Of a DNA stretch of 64,000 nt, positions 30,047 to 39,524 are shown piece by piece. The DNA is from Candidatus Tayloriibacteriota bacterium (GTDB lineage: Bacteria; Patescibacteriota; Minisyncoccia; Phycocordibacterales; PALSA-1337): the NCBI GenBank assembly GCA_943350765.1, contig CALRAJ010000001.1:96689-160688 (forward strand), read 5' to 3'. Position 1 is the stretch's first letter. Each line of letters starts with the position of its first letter. Both the position numbers and the translations under genes were made by a program. A model generated the notes under the pieces. The model had not been told where the DNA came from. It did no database searches and saw only the letters and a program-made list of their open reading frames with translations.

Positions 30047-31376
30047 AATTTAGTCTGTTTAGAGTTTCCTTTTTGCCGAGTAATTCTGTTAAAATAAACG
30101 GGTCTGGTGACTTTTCAAGCCCCGACAGTGCATATCGCATCGGCCAAAGTACCTGTCCCCTACCAACACTTTCCACATATGTCCAAATCGCCTCCTTTAC
30201 AGTATTTTTATCAAATGTTTTTTCAGAAATTAAACATAATATCTCAATAATTTTCGATAGATACCCAGCCGTCTCCTCAGGTGTAGCCTTACCTTTCCAG
30301 AGTAATGCATCGAAAGTGTAGCTAGGTGTACTTTGTAAATAGCTAAAATCACCATCTTTTTCCATTTGTGAAATTTCACCAAGTGTACTTATTCGTTCAA
30401 AAACCAGCGGTGTAAGCTTGACGAGTGTATTCACATCGAGCGAGTCGAGCTTTGGCGCCCACTGTGTGAGTAGTTTTGTTTGCTCAGCTAGAGGAATCTT
30501 TTTAATATATTCTTTGTTTACCCACTGAAGTTTTTCCTCATTGAAAATAGCACCAGATTTGTTGATGCGTTCGATTTTAAACTCCCGAATGAGCTCATCG
30601 AGACTAAATATTTCCTGTTCGGTACCAGGATTCCAACCCAAAAGAGCTAGATAATTGATCAATGCCTCTGGTAAATAGCCCTTTTCCCGATATTCTTTTA
30701 CAGAAACAGCACCATGTCTCCCAGACAGCTTGCTTTTATCCTTTGCTAGAATAAGTGGCAAGTGCGCATACATAGGTCGAGTCGCACCAATAGCTTCCTG
30801 GATCAAAATCTGACGAGGGGTGTTTGAAATGCCGTCTTCCCCACGAATAATGTGTGTGGTACCCATTTCAAAATCATCGACAACAACAGCGAGGTGGTAT
30901 AACGGCTCATTTACAGAGCGGGCTATAATAAAATCTTTTAGATCAGTAGTATCGAATGTGATTTCGCCACGGATAAGGTCTGTAAAGGTAATGATCTTGT
31001 TTGGGTTTTTAAAACGAATAACCTCGGTTCTAGTCCTACCTTCTATTTTATCAGCTTCTGTTGGATCTTCTTTTGATACATATGCAAAGCCAGTATCAAT
31101 CATTTTTAGCAAATACTTTTTATAAATATCAGTTCTTTGAGACTGCCAAAAAGGTCCTGTATCATAAGAAATACCTAGCCATTGTAAAGATTCAATAATA
31201 TCAGTTTGAAATTCCTTTTTTGAGCGTTCAGTGTCGGTATCTTCAAATCTAAAAACCATCTCTCCTTTATTTTGTTTGGAAAATATGTAGTTAAAAAGAG
31301 CGGTACGGGCACGACCAATATGCATAAAACCAGTCGGCGATGGTGGAAAACGAGTGATTACTTTTGTTGCTGACAT
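30018..31376 (-). CDS. gltX: Glutamate--tRNA ligase
   Basis: RFPPSPTGFMHIG, RFEDTD, HIIRGED, KLSGR, LLGWN. Confidence 0.95.
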   Translation of the reverse strand: MSATKVITRFPPSPTGFMHIGRARTALFNYIFSKQNKGEMVFRFEDTDTERSKKEFQTDIIESLQWLGISYDTGPFWQSQRTDIYKKYLLKMIDTGFAYVSKEDPTEADKIEGRTRTEVIRFKNPNKIITFTDLIRGEITFDTTDLKDFIIARSVNEPLYHLAVVVDDFEMGTTHIIRGEDGISNTPRQILIQEAIGATRPMYAHLPLILAKDKSKLSGRHGAVSVKEYREKGYLPEALINYLALLGWNPGTEQEIFSLDELIREFKIERINKSGAIFNEEKLQWVNKEYIKKIPLAEQTKLLTQWAPKLDSLDVNTLVKLTPLVFERISTLGEISQMEKDGDFSYLQSTPSYTFDALLWKGKATPEETAGYLSKIIEILCLISEKTFDKNTVKEAIWTYVESVGRGQVLWPMRYALSGLEKSPDPFILTELLGKKETLNRLNYARDILIKK

Positions 31377-31421
31377 ACTGCGTATTATAACATAGTTTAG
31401 TCAAAATATCGCTCCAGCCAG

Positions 31422-31652
31422 TAGGCATATACGCCATGGCGTATATGCCTATAGTATCAAATTTTGTTTACACACAAACCTAAACGGCTAAACACCAGTG
31501 TTTAGCCGTTTAGCGTGCCTACATAGAGCCATTTTCGTTTTTAGCAATTTTACACTGTTTTAGGCAAAAAGAGTCCAACGGCTCACTAGTTTTGAGATAA
31601 AACCAGTGAGCCGTTGGGTAGGATTTTAACCCGCGGCGTACTCGCCGCGGGT
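31422..31652. repeat. Palindrome cluster between gltX and rnc
   Basis: 31422-31451 perfect 30-bp, 31480-31513 (cggctaaacac), 31575-31617 (caacggctcac), 31629-31652 (acccgcggcg-tact-cgccgcgggt). Confidence 0.88.
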
Positions 31653-31720
31653 CTACCTCCCCTAGCAATCACTACCCTTCAAAATCTTTACCCAAAAAAC
31701 CTCTGTAGAGATTTACCCCT

Positions 31721-32422
31721 TTACCACCCCTTTTCCTTTAGTCCATTTTCTGCGGCTTTCTGCTCTGCTTCCTGTTTTGAGGGTCCTTCTCCAATCGCCA
31801 CCTGAACATCACCCAAAAATACTCCTAGCGTAAATACTTTGTCATGATCTGGACCTTCCTCGCGAAGAGTTTTGTAAGCTGGTGTTACACCGATTTTATC
31901 CTGTGCCTGCTCCTGAAAACGACTCTTTGCATCGAGCCATGTTTTATTCTTTACAATACTAGCAATGTCTATCAAATCAAATAAATTGCGTCTAATAAAG
32001 TCTTTGACAGCATCATAGCCTGCATCTACATACAAAGCACCGATTACCGCCTCAAAAGTATCCGCGAGAATAATCTGTCTAGCTCTGCCCATATCTTTTG
32101 CCTCACCTTTTGACAAAAGCAAGTAATCATTTATATCTAGGCTGGTCGAGGCTCTAGCCAAGCTAAGTGTATTTACCAATGCTGAACGATACGAGGTTAG
32201 ATCACCTTCTGTCTTGTCAGGATATTTTTTATATAAATAGTCTGTGGATACTAGTTCAAGTACAGCATCACCGAGGAACTCTAGGCGCTCGTTGTGAGAC
32301 ATTTTTAGACCTTTATTTTCATTCAAATATGAACGATGGGTAAAAGCTTGTATTAAAAGATTTTTATTTGTAAAAGTTATCCCTGCTTTTTTTTCGAATA
32401 CCGAAATATCTGTAGTTGCCAT
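31721..32422 (-). CDS. rnc: Ribonuclease III
   Basis: AFTHRSY, NERLEFLGDAVL, ADTFEAVIGA, dsRBD with GPDH and SKQEAEQ. Confidence 0.97.
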   Translation of the reverse strand: MATTDISVFEKKAGITFTNKNLLIQAFTHRSYLNENKGLKMSHNERLEFLGDAVLELVSTDYLYKKYPDKTEGDLTSYRSALVNTLSLARASTSLDINDYLLLSKGEAKDMGRARQIILADTFEAVIGALYVDAGYDAVKDFIRRNLFDLIDIASIVKNKTWLDAKSRFQEQAQDKIGVTPAYKTLREEGPDHDKVFTLGVFLGDVQVAIGEGPSKQEAEQKAAENGLKEKGW

Positions 32423-32428
32423 GATGTT

Positions 32429-33331
32429 TTATTTGCTGGTTAAAATAGTAACTGCCTTGGTCACAAGTGGTAAAATATCATTATATAAATTGAGCTCCGC
32501 TATTTCGGTCAATGGGAACCAGCGGAGATCATTTAGTCCACCACTGGTCTTGTCGAGAACGAGAGTAGAAAAATCGGTTTTTGCTAAGTAGTAAATAACC
32601 TGTTTTCGTATCTTCCCCTTTTCTGGATCAGAGGCAATGTACTCGTTGTCCCCTAGCTTTTCACCAGCTTTTATCACAAGACCGATTTCCTTTTGTACCA
32701 CACGCTCAGTCCCCACTTCATCACCCTCTTCTAAAGTAATGTGTCCCTTTGGCAATGTCCAGTGACCAAAAATATCATGGACAAATGCAAACTGAAACTG
32801 CCCTTTGTCGTCTTTGGCATAGACGACAGCACCACCAAGCTTTTCTATGGGCATTTCCTCATAAGGAACATTTTTGAATATCTTTTTCTTTGAGACACTG
32901 TCTTTGCCTGGCTCGCCGATCTCCTTGTATACAGAGCCGAGTACACCGTTGATAAATTTACTACTGTTCTCTCCACCAAATGTTTTTGCTAGTTCAATAG
33001 CCTCGTTGATAGCAACTTTGGCTGGAACCTCGGTGCGGTCAGCAAAAAGTAACTCATAAAGCCCGATACGGAGAATGTTTCGATCAATAATAGATATCTT
33101 GTCTATTGGCCAGTCAGGTGCAGCTTTTTCAATAATTCTATCGAGGTCAGGTTTTTTATTTAAAAGGTTCTCCACAAGCTGTTCCATAAACGAAAAATCT
33201 CCAAGACCTGGGGCAAATTCTTCCATATTACGGACGAAAATAGCCTTTGCCTTGGAAATATCGTAACTACGAAAATCCCACTCAAAGAGTGATTGGAGTA
33301 CTATTGATCTTGAAAGGTGCCTATTTGCCAT
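32429..33331 (-). CDS. nusB: NusB fused to C-terminal NUDIX-like domain
   Basis: RHLSR..VLQSLFEWD, IDRNILR, VAINEAIELAKTFG, FINGVL, then WTLPKGH...VQKEIGL. Confidence 0.92.
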   Translation of the reverse strand: MANRHLSRSIVLQSLFEWDFRSYDISKAKAIFVRNMEEFAPGLGDFSFMEQLVENLLNKKPDLDRIIEKAAPDWPIDKISIIDRNILRIGLYELLFADRTEVPAKVAINEAIELAKTFGGENSSKFINGVLGSVYKEIGEPGKDSVSKKKIFKNVPYEEMPIEKLGGAVVYAKDDKGQFQFAFVHDIFGHWTLPKGHITLEEGDEVGTERVVQKEIGLVIKAGEKLGDNEYIASDPEKGKIRKQVIYYLAKTDFSTLVLDKTSGGLNDLRWFPLTEIAELNLYNDILPLVTKAVTILTSK

Positions 33332-33378
33332 ATATTTTTAAAGCTTCTTTCTTCAACTTACCCCCACTTATTCTTTTC

Positions 33379-33612
33379 CTATTTGGACTCTGCGGGGGCT
33401 GTTTTTGACTTTACCTTTTTCTCTGCCTTTTTTATCGCTACACTCATATCTATGATCACTTTGCCTCGGTATTTGCCACAATTGCCACAGGCAGTGTGGC
33501 GAAGGCGTGGTGAACTACACTCACTACAGACAGTGGTCTGGATATTGGTGAGGGCGTGATGTGATCGTCTATTGTCCCGATGGGCTCGGGTTGCTCGCAT
33601 TCGATTTACCAT
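33379..33612 (-). CDS. rpmF: 50S ribosomal protein L32
   Basis: RRSHHAL..CSEC...LRHTACGNCGKYRGK. Confidence 0.93.
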   Translation of the reverse strand: MVNRMRATRAHRDNRRSHHALTNIQTTVCSECSSPRLRHTACGNCGKYRGKVIIDMSVAIKKAEKKVKSKTAPAESK

Positions 33613-33650
33613 ATATTTATAGTATATAGGGTTTTATAAAAATAGCAAGC

Positions 33651-33900
33651 GCCATACAGGAGCCATACAGGAGCCATGACTTGTGGCGGGAGTACTAAAG
33701 CTCAACAGAGCGTAGTACTGGTGGCGAAGATGCTGAGTTTAGCGAAACGAAGTGCAAAGAGCTTAGCAAAGCGAATGTGCAAGAGCTGTAACCATTTATT
33801 TGTGTAAAAATCAATAATTTAGAGCAAATTTACCGATTTTACAATATGCCTCAACATAGCCATTCTCATCGGCTAAACACCGTGTTTAGCCGATGAAAAA
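33651..33900 (+). repeat. Modular intergenic repeat (family 2)
   Basis: 11-bp tandem gccatacagga. A 32-bp exact inverted match to 37962-37993. Homology to 53218-53345, including the catcggctaaac palindrome. Confidence 0.85.
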
Positions 33901-33913
33901 TGCATGAATTGTC

Positions 33914-34543
33914 CTACTTAGCCCCGCTTTTTAAAAAGCTCTTGCGGTGTAGTGGTGATAAACCATACTTTTTTAGTTTTCCATAATGCTTTGCCGTGCC
34001 ATAACCTTTGTGTATTTCAAAATTATACTCAGGATACTTTTTTGCGTAAGCAACCATGAGCCTATCTCTCTTAACTTTTGCCACAATAGAAGCTAAACCG
34101 ATGATAGGCTCCTTTAGATCACCTTTGATAATAGTTTTTTGGTTTACATATTCTGTAGGAGCGTACAGACTACCATCGAGTAGAACTTGAATGTTGGCAG
34201 GATCAGGCGCCACCTTTTGTAGAGACTTTTGAAGCGCCTTTTTTATAGATGGGGCAAGGCCTTTTTCATCAATTTCCTTGGCAGATATAAAAGTCACGGC
34301 AAAATCAAGTACACCGGTCTTTTGTGCCAAACAAATTTTAGTAAACCATACTTCCCTATTTTCTGGCGAAATCATCTTAGAATCTTTTATCCCTGAAAAT
34401 AGATCTCGGAACCTAGCACGCGAAAGCTTTGCTTTCGCGTGCTTCACATCCACACACACCGCCCCTACCGCTACTGGTCCCGCGATAGGACCTCGTCCGA
34501 CTTCGTCTATTCCTACCACATATTTTAGATTAACTTTTTTCAT
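33914..34543 (-). CDS. rnhB: Ribonuclease HII
   Basis: GIDEVGRGPIAGPV, IKDSK, IIKGD, ASIVAKV.RD, HKGYGT..H, HRKSF. Confidence 0.96.
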   Translation of the reverse strand: MKKVNLKYVVGIDEVGRGPIAGPVAVGAVCVDVKHAKAKLSRARFRDLFSGIKDSKMISPENREVWFTKICLAQKTGVLDFAVTFISAKEIDEKGLAPSIKKALQKSLQKVAPDPANIQVLLDGSLYAPTEYVNQKTIIKGDLKEPIIGLASIVAKVKRDRLMVAYAKKYPEYNFEIHKGYGTAKHYGKLKKYGLSPLHRKSFLKSGAK

Positions 34544-34576
34544 AATATACTTTCATAAAGTATATCAAATTTCTTT

Positions 34577-34622
34577 ACCCAAAACTCTAATATACGCCAT
34601 GGCGTATATTAGAGTTTTGGGT
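34577..34622. repeat. Perfect 46-bp palindrome in rnhB/dnaE divergent promoter region
   Basis: acccaaaactctaatatacgcca|tggcgtatattagagttttgggt; 20-bp core identical to 31422-31451. Confidence 0.9.
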
Positions 34623-34651
34623 GTATAAAATTATGCTATAGTATACTCACT

Positions 34652-37600
34652 ATGGCTTCGAAATTTGTCCATCTGCATACCCACAGTCACTACTCTCTAC
34701 TCAATGCATTACCAAAAATAGATGAGCTAGTAAAAAAAGCCAAATCTCTCGGTCAATCTGCCATAGCTCTCACAGATGCAGGCAATTTGTACGGGGCTAT
34801 TGAATTTTATAAAACATCTAAAAAATTAGGTGTAAAACCTATCATAGGTATCGACGCATATGTTGCCCTCCGTACCCGAAAGGATATGCAAGCTGGGGTA
34901 GATAATCGTCGGGCAAGATTACTGCTTCTCGCAAAAAATCTAGCTGGCTATAAAAATCTCATTCAGCTTGTTACCAAATCCCATCTCGAAGGCTTTTACT
35001 ATAAACCTCGCCTCGATGCCGAGCTTATTGAAACTTACTCACAAGACTTAGTAGCTATAGCACCATCTTTTTCTAGCGAAATAAGTCTAGCTATAAAAAA
35101 TCGTGACCTCGAAAAAGCTAAAACAAAAATTGCCTGGTACAAAAAAGTCTACGGTCTTGAAAACTTCTTTATCGAAATCACCCATCATCCAGAAATAGAG
35201 GGTCATGAGGGACTTATGCAACAGCTCTTGAAACTCGCTCGCGAGACCGAGACCCCAATCGTAGCAGCTCACGATGTCTACTATATAAATCCAGATGACA
35301 GATCCGCACGGGACACCCTCATGCTCGTAAATACTCACGGTGATGTTTCAGACCGTATTTCTGACGATGATGATGAAAACTTTTCCTTTCTTTCTGGAGA
35401 AGAAATGGAAGATTTATTTAAAAATGAGCCTGACGCTATTGAAAACACTGCCAAAATCGCTGATATGTGCAACCTCGATCTTGAGCTAGGCAAATGGGTG
35501 TTTCCCGACTACAAAGTAGCCAGTGGACTTTCCTATGATGATGAGCTTCGTCGACTCGTGTACGAAGGTATTCCTAAGAGAAAAGTTGAGAAAACTGAAG
35601 AGGTTGAAAAGCGTATTGAGTACGAACTCTCAGTAATCAAAGCAAAAGGTTATGCACCATATTTTCTTGTAGTATCCGACCTACTTCAGTTTGCTCATGC
35701 CCACCATATCCTCACCACTATCCGAGGCTCGGTCGCAGGCTCTATGGTTACATACCTCGCAGGTATTACTAATGTAAATCCTATTGAATACAAGCTTCCG
35801 TTTGAACGCTTTTTGAATCCCGAAAGACCTTCTGCACCAGATATCGACATGGACTATGCCGATAACCGTCGAGATGAAATGATAGCCTATGCAAAAAGTA
35901 AATATGGTGAAGACAAAGTCGCCCAAATAGGTACTTTTGGTACTATGGCTGCCCGTGGGGCTGTGCGTGATGTCGCCCGTGCTATGGGTTTTCCTTATGA
36001 TGTTGGTGATAGAATCTCCAAACTTATCCCAATGGGTGCCCAAGGCTTTCCGATGACTATTGACCGCGCTATTGAGGAAGTCGCTGAGCTAAAAGAAATA
36101 TACGACAAGGAAGCCGATGTCAAGAAAATCATTGACATGGCAAAAAAGATCGAGGGCTGTGCGAGACATATCTCAGTACACGCAGCTGGGGTCGTTATTG
36201 CCCCTTTTCCACTGACAGACTACACATCTCTACAGTACGATACCAAAGGCGAAAATAAAATCATTACCCAGTTTGACATGCACGCTGTCGAGGACGCGGG
36301 TCTACTCAAGTTTGACTTCCTAGGTATAAAAAACCTCTCAATCCTCGCAGATGCTGTCGAACGAGTAAAGAAAATAGAAAATATCGAGGTAGATATTGAA
36401 AATGTACCACTAGATGACGCAAAAACTTTTTCAATGCTTGCAAAGGGTGAAACGGCTGGGCTTTTCCAGCTCAATGGTGCAGGTATGACCAAATTTCTAA
36501 AAGAACTCAAACCTAGTACTATCCATGATATCAACGCTATGGTGGCACTCTATCGACCAGGTCCTATGGAATGTATTCCTCAGTATATCGAGCGAAAGCA
36601 CAATCCGGAGCTTGTAAAGTATCTCGACCCTCGCATGAAAGATATTCTCGCTCAGTCATATGGTGTGATCACTTATCAGGACGATGTTATGATGATCGCT
36701 ATCAAGCTCGGTGGCTACTCGTGGCTCGAGGCAGACAAGCTTCGTAAAGCGATGGGTAAAAAGATTCCAAAAGAAATGGAAGAGCAGAAAGGCAAACTTC
36801 GAGAAGGTCTACTTAAAAATGGCATGAGTGAAAAAAAGGCCGACACACTCTGGAAGCTCATCGAGCCTTTTGCTGCCTACGGTTTCAACAAAGCCCATGC
36901 CGCCTCATACGGTCGTGTCGCCTACCAAACCGCATACATGAAGGCCAATTTCCCCACCATATATATGTCTGCCGTGCTTACCGCCGACTCTGGTGATGTG
37001 GAAAAGATTTATGAATTCATTACCGAATGTAAACGCATGGAAATACCAGTTCTTCCGCCCGATATCAACGAAAGTTTTAGTCAATTTACCATCGTCAAAG
37101 GCGACAACACTCCTACAAACCCCGACCGCATTCGTTTTGGACTTGTAACAATTAAAAACTTTGGTCAGGGTATTGCGACCGCTATTATTGAGGAGAGAAA
37201 AAATGGAGGAAAGTTTAAATCTCTTAGTGATTTTCTTGACCGAGTAAAAGATAAAAATTTAAATAAAAAATCTTTAGATGCTTTGATAAAAGCTGGAGCA
37301 ATGGACTCTTTTGGTGAAAGAGGCTCAATGATCGGCAACATGGAACAGCTCCTCGCCTACAACAAAGAGAAAGGCAAACTACCCGACAACCAAGACTCAC
37401 TTTTTGGCGGAATGGCCGATCACTCTAGTATTCCAACCTTGCGCTTAGCCGAAGTTCCCCCTGCCAGCCCTTCAGAAAAGCTTATTTGGGAAAAAGAGCT
37501 TCTCGGTCTGTACATTTCGGGACATCCACTCGATAAATATCGCGAAACTTTTGCCAAAAGAGATGTGGTGATTAAAACCATCAAAGACACCCCTAAAGAG

Positions 37601-37849
37601 GGGCAAATAGTCGTGTTGGCAGGTATTATTGAGGAAGCAAAAATTATTGCTACCAAAAAAGGAGACAATATGATGTTTTTGAGACTGGCTGACTTTACTG
37701 GCTCACTCGAAGTAGTTGTTTTTCCTCGGGTATTTGCCGAAGCAAAAAGTTTCCTCACTCCAGAATCCTGTGTGGCTATAAAGGGCAAGGTTTCGCTTCG
37801 TAACGGCGAGGTGGGCTTCCTCGCAGAGAAAATAAAAAAGTTGACATAA
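34652..37849 (+). CDS. dnaE: DNA polymerase III alpha subunit
   Basis: PHP HLHTHSHYS, RGSVAGS, FERFLNPER..PDIDMD, HAAGVV, KFDFLG, YGFNKAH, OB fold. Confidence 0.98.
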   Translation: MASKFVHLHTHSHYSLLNALPKIDELVKKAKSLGQSAIALTDAGNLYGAIEFYKTSKKLGVKPIIGIDAYVALRTRKDMQAGVDNRRARLLLLAKNLAGYKNLIQLVTKSHLEGFYYKPRLDAELIETYSQDLVAIAPSFSSEISLAIKNRDLEKAKTKIAWYKKVYGLENFFIEITHHPEIEGHEGLMQQLLKLARETETPIVAAHDVYYINPDDRSARDTLMLVNTHGDVSDRISDDDDENFSFLSGEEMEDLFKNEPDAIENTAKIADMCNLDLELGKWVFPDYKVASGLSYDDELRRLVYEGIPKRKVEKTEEVEKRIEYELSVIKAKGYAPYFLVVSDLLQFAHAHHILTTIRGSVAGSMVTYLAGITNVNPIEYKLPFERFLNPERPSAPDIDMDYADNRRDEMIAYAKSKYGEDKVAQIGTFGTMAARGAVRDVARAMGFPYDVGDRISKLIPMGAQGFPMTIDRAIEEVAELKEIYDKEADVKKIIDMAKKIEGCARHISVHAAGVVIAPFPLTDYTSLQYDTKGENKIITQFDMHAVEDAGLLKFDFLGIKNLSILADAVERVKKIENIEVDIENVPLDDAKTFSMLAKGETAGLFQLNGAGMTKFLKELKPSTIHDINAMVALYRPGPMECIPQYIERKHNPELVKYLDPRMKDILAQSYGVITYQDDVMMIAIKLGGYSWLEADKLRKAMGKKIPKEMEEQKGKLREGLLKNGMSEKKADTLWKLIEPFAAYGFNKAHAASYGRVAYQTAYMKANFPTIYMSAVLTADSGDVEKIYEFITECKRMEIPVLPPDINESFSQFTIVKGDNTPTNPDRIRFGLVTIKNFGQGIATAIIEERKNGGKFKSLSDFLDRVKDKNLNKKSLDALIKAGAMDSFGERGSMIGNMEQLLAYNKEKGKLPDNQDSLFGGMADHSSIPTLRLAEVPPASPSEKLIWEKELLGLYISGHPLDKYRETFAKRDVVIKTIKDTPKEGQIVVLAGIIEEAKIIATKKGDNMMFLRLADFTGSLEVVVFPRVFAEAKSFLTPESCVAIKGKVSLRNGEVGFLAEKIKKLT

Positions 37850-37861
37850 GTTTATTTATTA

Positions 37862-38016
37862 TTTTGTTTATCTACGCTTCGCTCCAATATCTATCTATTC
37901 TAGACTACGCTCGTGCCTATAACGCGTCTTACTAGACCGTCACATTCGCTCTAATAAGCTCAGTACTCCCGCCACAAGTCATGGCTCCTGTATCTTCCTC
38001 GCCTACGCTCGTCGAC
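37862..38016 (-). repeat. Modular intergenic repeat (family 2) overlapping EVE 3' end
   Basis: Segments match 28486-28520, 33665-33696 (exact) and 47067-47087 (20/21). Confidence 0.85.
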
Positions 38017-38520
38017 ATTCTACAAATCTCTTCGAAATGCTTTTCTAGAAGTGGTTGTATTGAAAGCCGATTTCCCACTTGCGTGACCGGGACACCATTA
38101 AGCCGAGGATTGGCCTTGATTAGGGATATTGAAACTGGATTTTTAAATTTCTCAACAAAAACCATATCTACCTGCATCCAAATAGGATTTTCCTCTGTAG
38201 ATTTAGGATCAAAGTGATCATCCTTTGGATCCATCGCAGTGGTATCGGGATATGCTCCACTACCGACTTTTACTACTCCGACCGCTGAGGGAGGATTGAC
38301 ACTCGAATGATAGAAAATCACCAAATCCCCCTAAAACAATTTTTACTAAAAATGTTCGGGCGACCAAATTAGTAAATTTGGTTTAGCCACACATCCCATC
38401 ACGCATAAAATTCCTCGCCTGATAATTTCGTACCCCACCCCATGCAGTCTTTTTGTCTCGCTTTAAGTCATCTATTGAGTAGCATGTCGGCTCGCTTTTT
38501 ATCAACCAATAGTTTTTCAT
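37932..38520 (-). pseudogene. EVE domain gene interrupted by ~55-bp hairpin insertion
   Basis: 5' part MKNYWLIKSEP..YSIDDL..W.GVRNYQARNFMRDGM stops at TAA 38385-38383. 3' part GDLVIFYHS..PD.T..DP...FDPKS..NP.W..VD..RLSIQP continues in another frame. Confidence 0.85.
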
Positions 38521-38549
38521 GGAATATAGTATAGCATGACCACCCTAAT

Positions 38550-38579
38550 CAACGGCTCAACAGGGCTGTTGAGCCGTTG
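38550..38579. repeat. caacggctcaacag palindrome
   Basis: Core identical to 12421-12448 and reverse complement of 47111-47138. Confidence 0.9.
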
Positions 38580-38717
38580 GAATCTTACTTAAAAAATTGT
38601 TTGACACCCACACAATACCGTGATAACATGCACCTCGGCTCTGTTCCTTGATAGTGTGAGGAATTGAGAAAAAATTCATACAGTAAACATTTCAATCGTG
38701 AAAGGTGTGGTGATAAT

Positions 38718-39347
38718 ATGACTCGTAAAATACGACTGCGCAAATTCATCATCCTGTTTGGATGTGTCGGGTGTGGCAAAGGTGGTGCTGGAAAGGAACT
38801 CCGGCGTGGTTATGACCAGCTAGTGATCGGGCAGAGCGATCTGTTGCGATTCTACAGTGGTTATTTCCCCAACAGTCCGGAGGCACACGACTTCCTTCGT
38901 GCATGCGATAATGGTGACTACGCTTCCGACGAAACAGCTCTCAGCACTCTTGAATATTTCCTGCCGAGCTTTCTCACTGGTCATGAAGTGGCTTTCGGTG
39001 ATGGAATGTGTCGCACACTTCCCCAACTCCAAATCATGTCATCCTTGGCAGCAAAGCATGATTTCGCCCTTGGTGGTGCGTTTATCAATCTGAATCAGGA
39101 TGAGTGTCGGACACGAATCCTAACATTTCGGAGAGCCACTGAAAAACGCTCTGATGATACTCCTGAGCGTGTTGATTTCAGAATCAAGCTCTATCACGAC
39201 AAAACCATTCCTGTAATTCGCCAGGTTCGTGAACAGTTTCCCGATGACTTCCTCGAGGTGCCTGGTATTCTGGAGCCAGCAGAGAAAGCTGAGCTCATCG
39301 CTCAGCACTTCAAACTCGAGAAGCACCGGCCAGCGACCTGCGGCTAG
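38718..39347 (+). CDS. Divergent adenylate kinase-like protein (orphan cassette)
   Basis: P-loop GCVGCGKG, SDLLR, DGMCRTLPQ (cf. DGFPR), RSDDTPE..RIKLY...T.P. Promoter TTGACA-17-TAACAT at 38601-38629. Confidence 0.75.
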   Translation: MTRKIRLRKFIILFGCVGCGKGGAGKELRRGYDQLVIGQSDLLRFYSGYFPNSPEAHDFLRACDNGDYASDETALSTLEYFLPSFLTGHEVAFGDGMCRTLPQLQIMSSLAAKHDFALGGAFINLNQDECRTRILTFRRATEKRSDDTPERVDFRIKLYHDKTIPVIRQVREQFPDDFLEVPGILEPAEKAELIAQHFKLEKHRPATCG

Positions 39348-39427
39348 ATGACCCAACACAGCCTGCCAGTTACTCTCCTAGTAGCTCGGCTCGCTTTTTT
39401 ATTTAATCAGTATTATATTGTGAAATC

Positions 39428-39459
39428 ATCCCCGAATTTTCAGTAGAAAATTCGGGGAT
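39428..39459. repeat. AGTA/TACT-loop palindrome
   Basis: atccccgaattttc-agta-gaaaattcggggat; related to 12350-12385 and 51672-51701. Confidence 0.85.
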
Positions 39460-39524
39460 TGACTTCATAACTCTTTTAATGATATTATATCCATCTAAGG
39501 CCTTTGGGCTCTATTTTTAATTAT

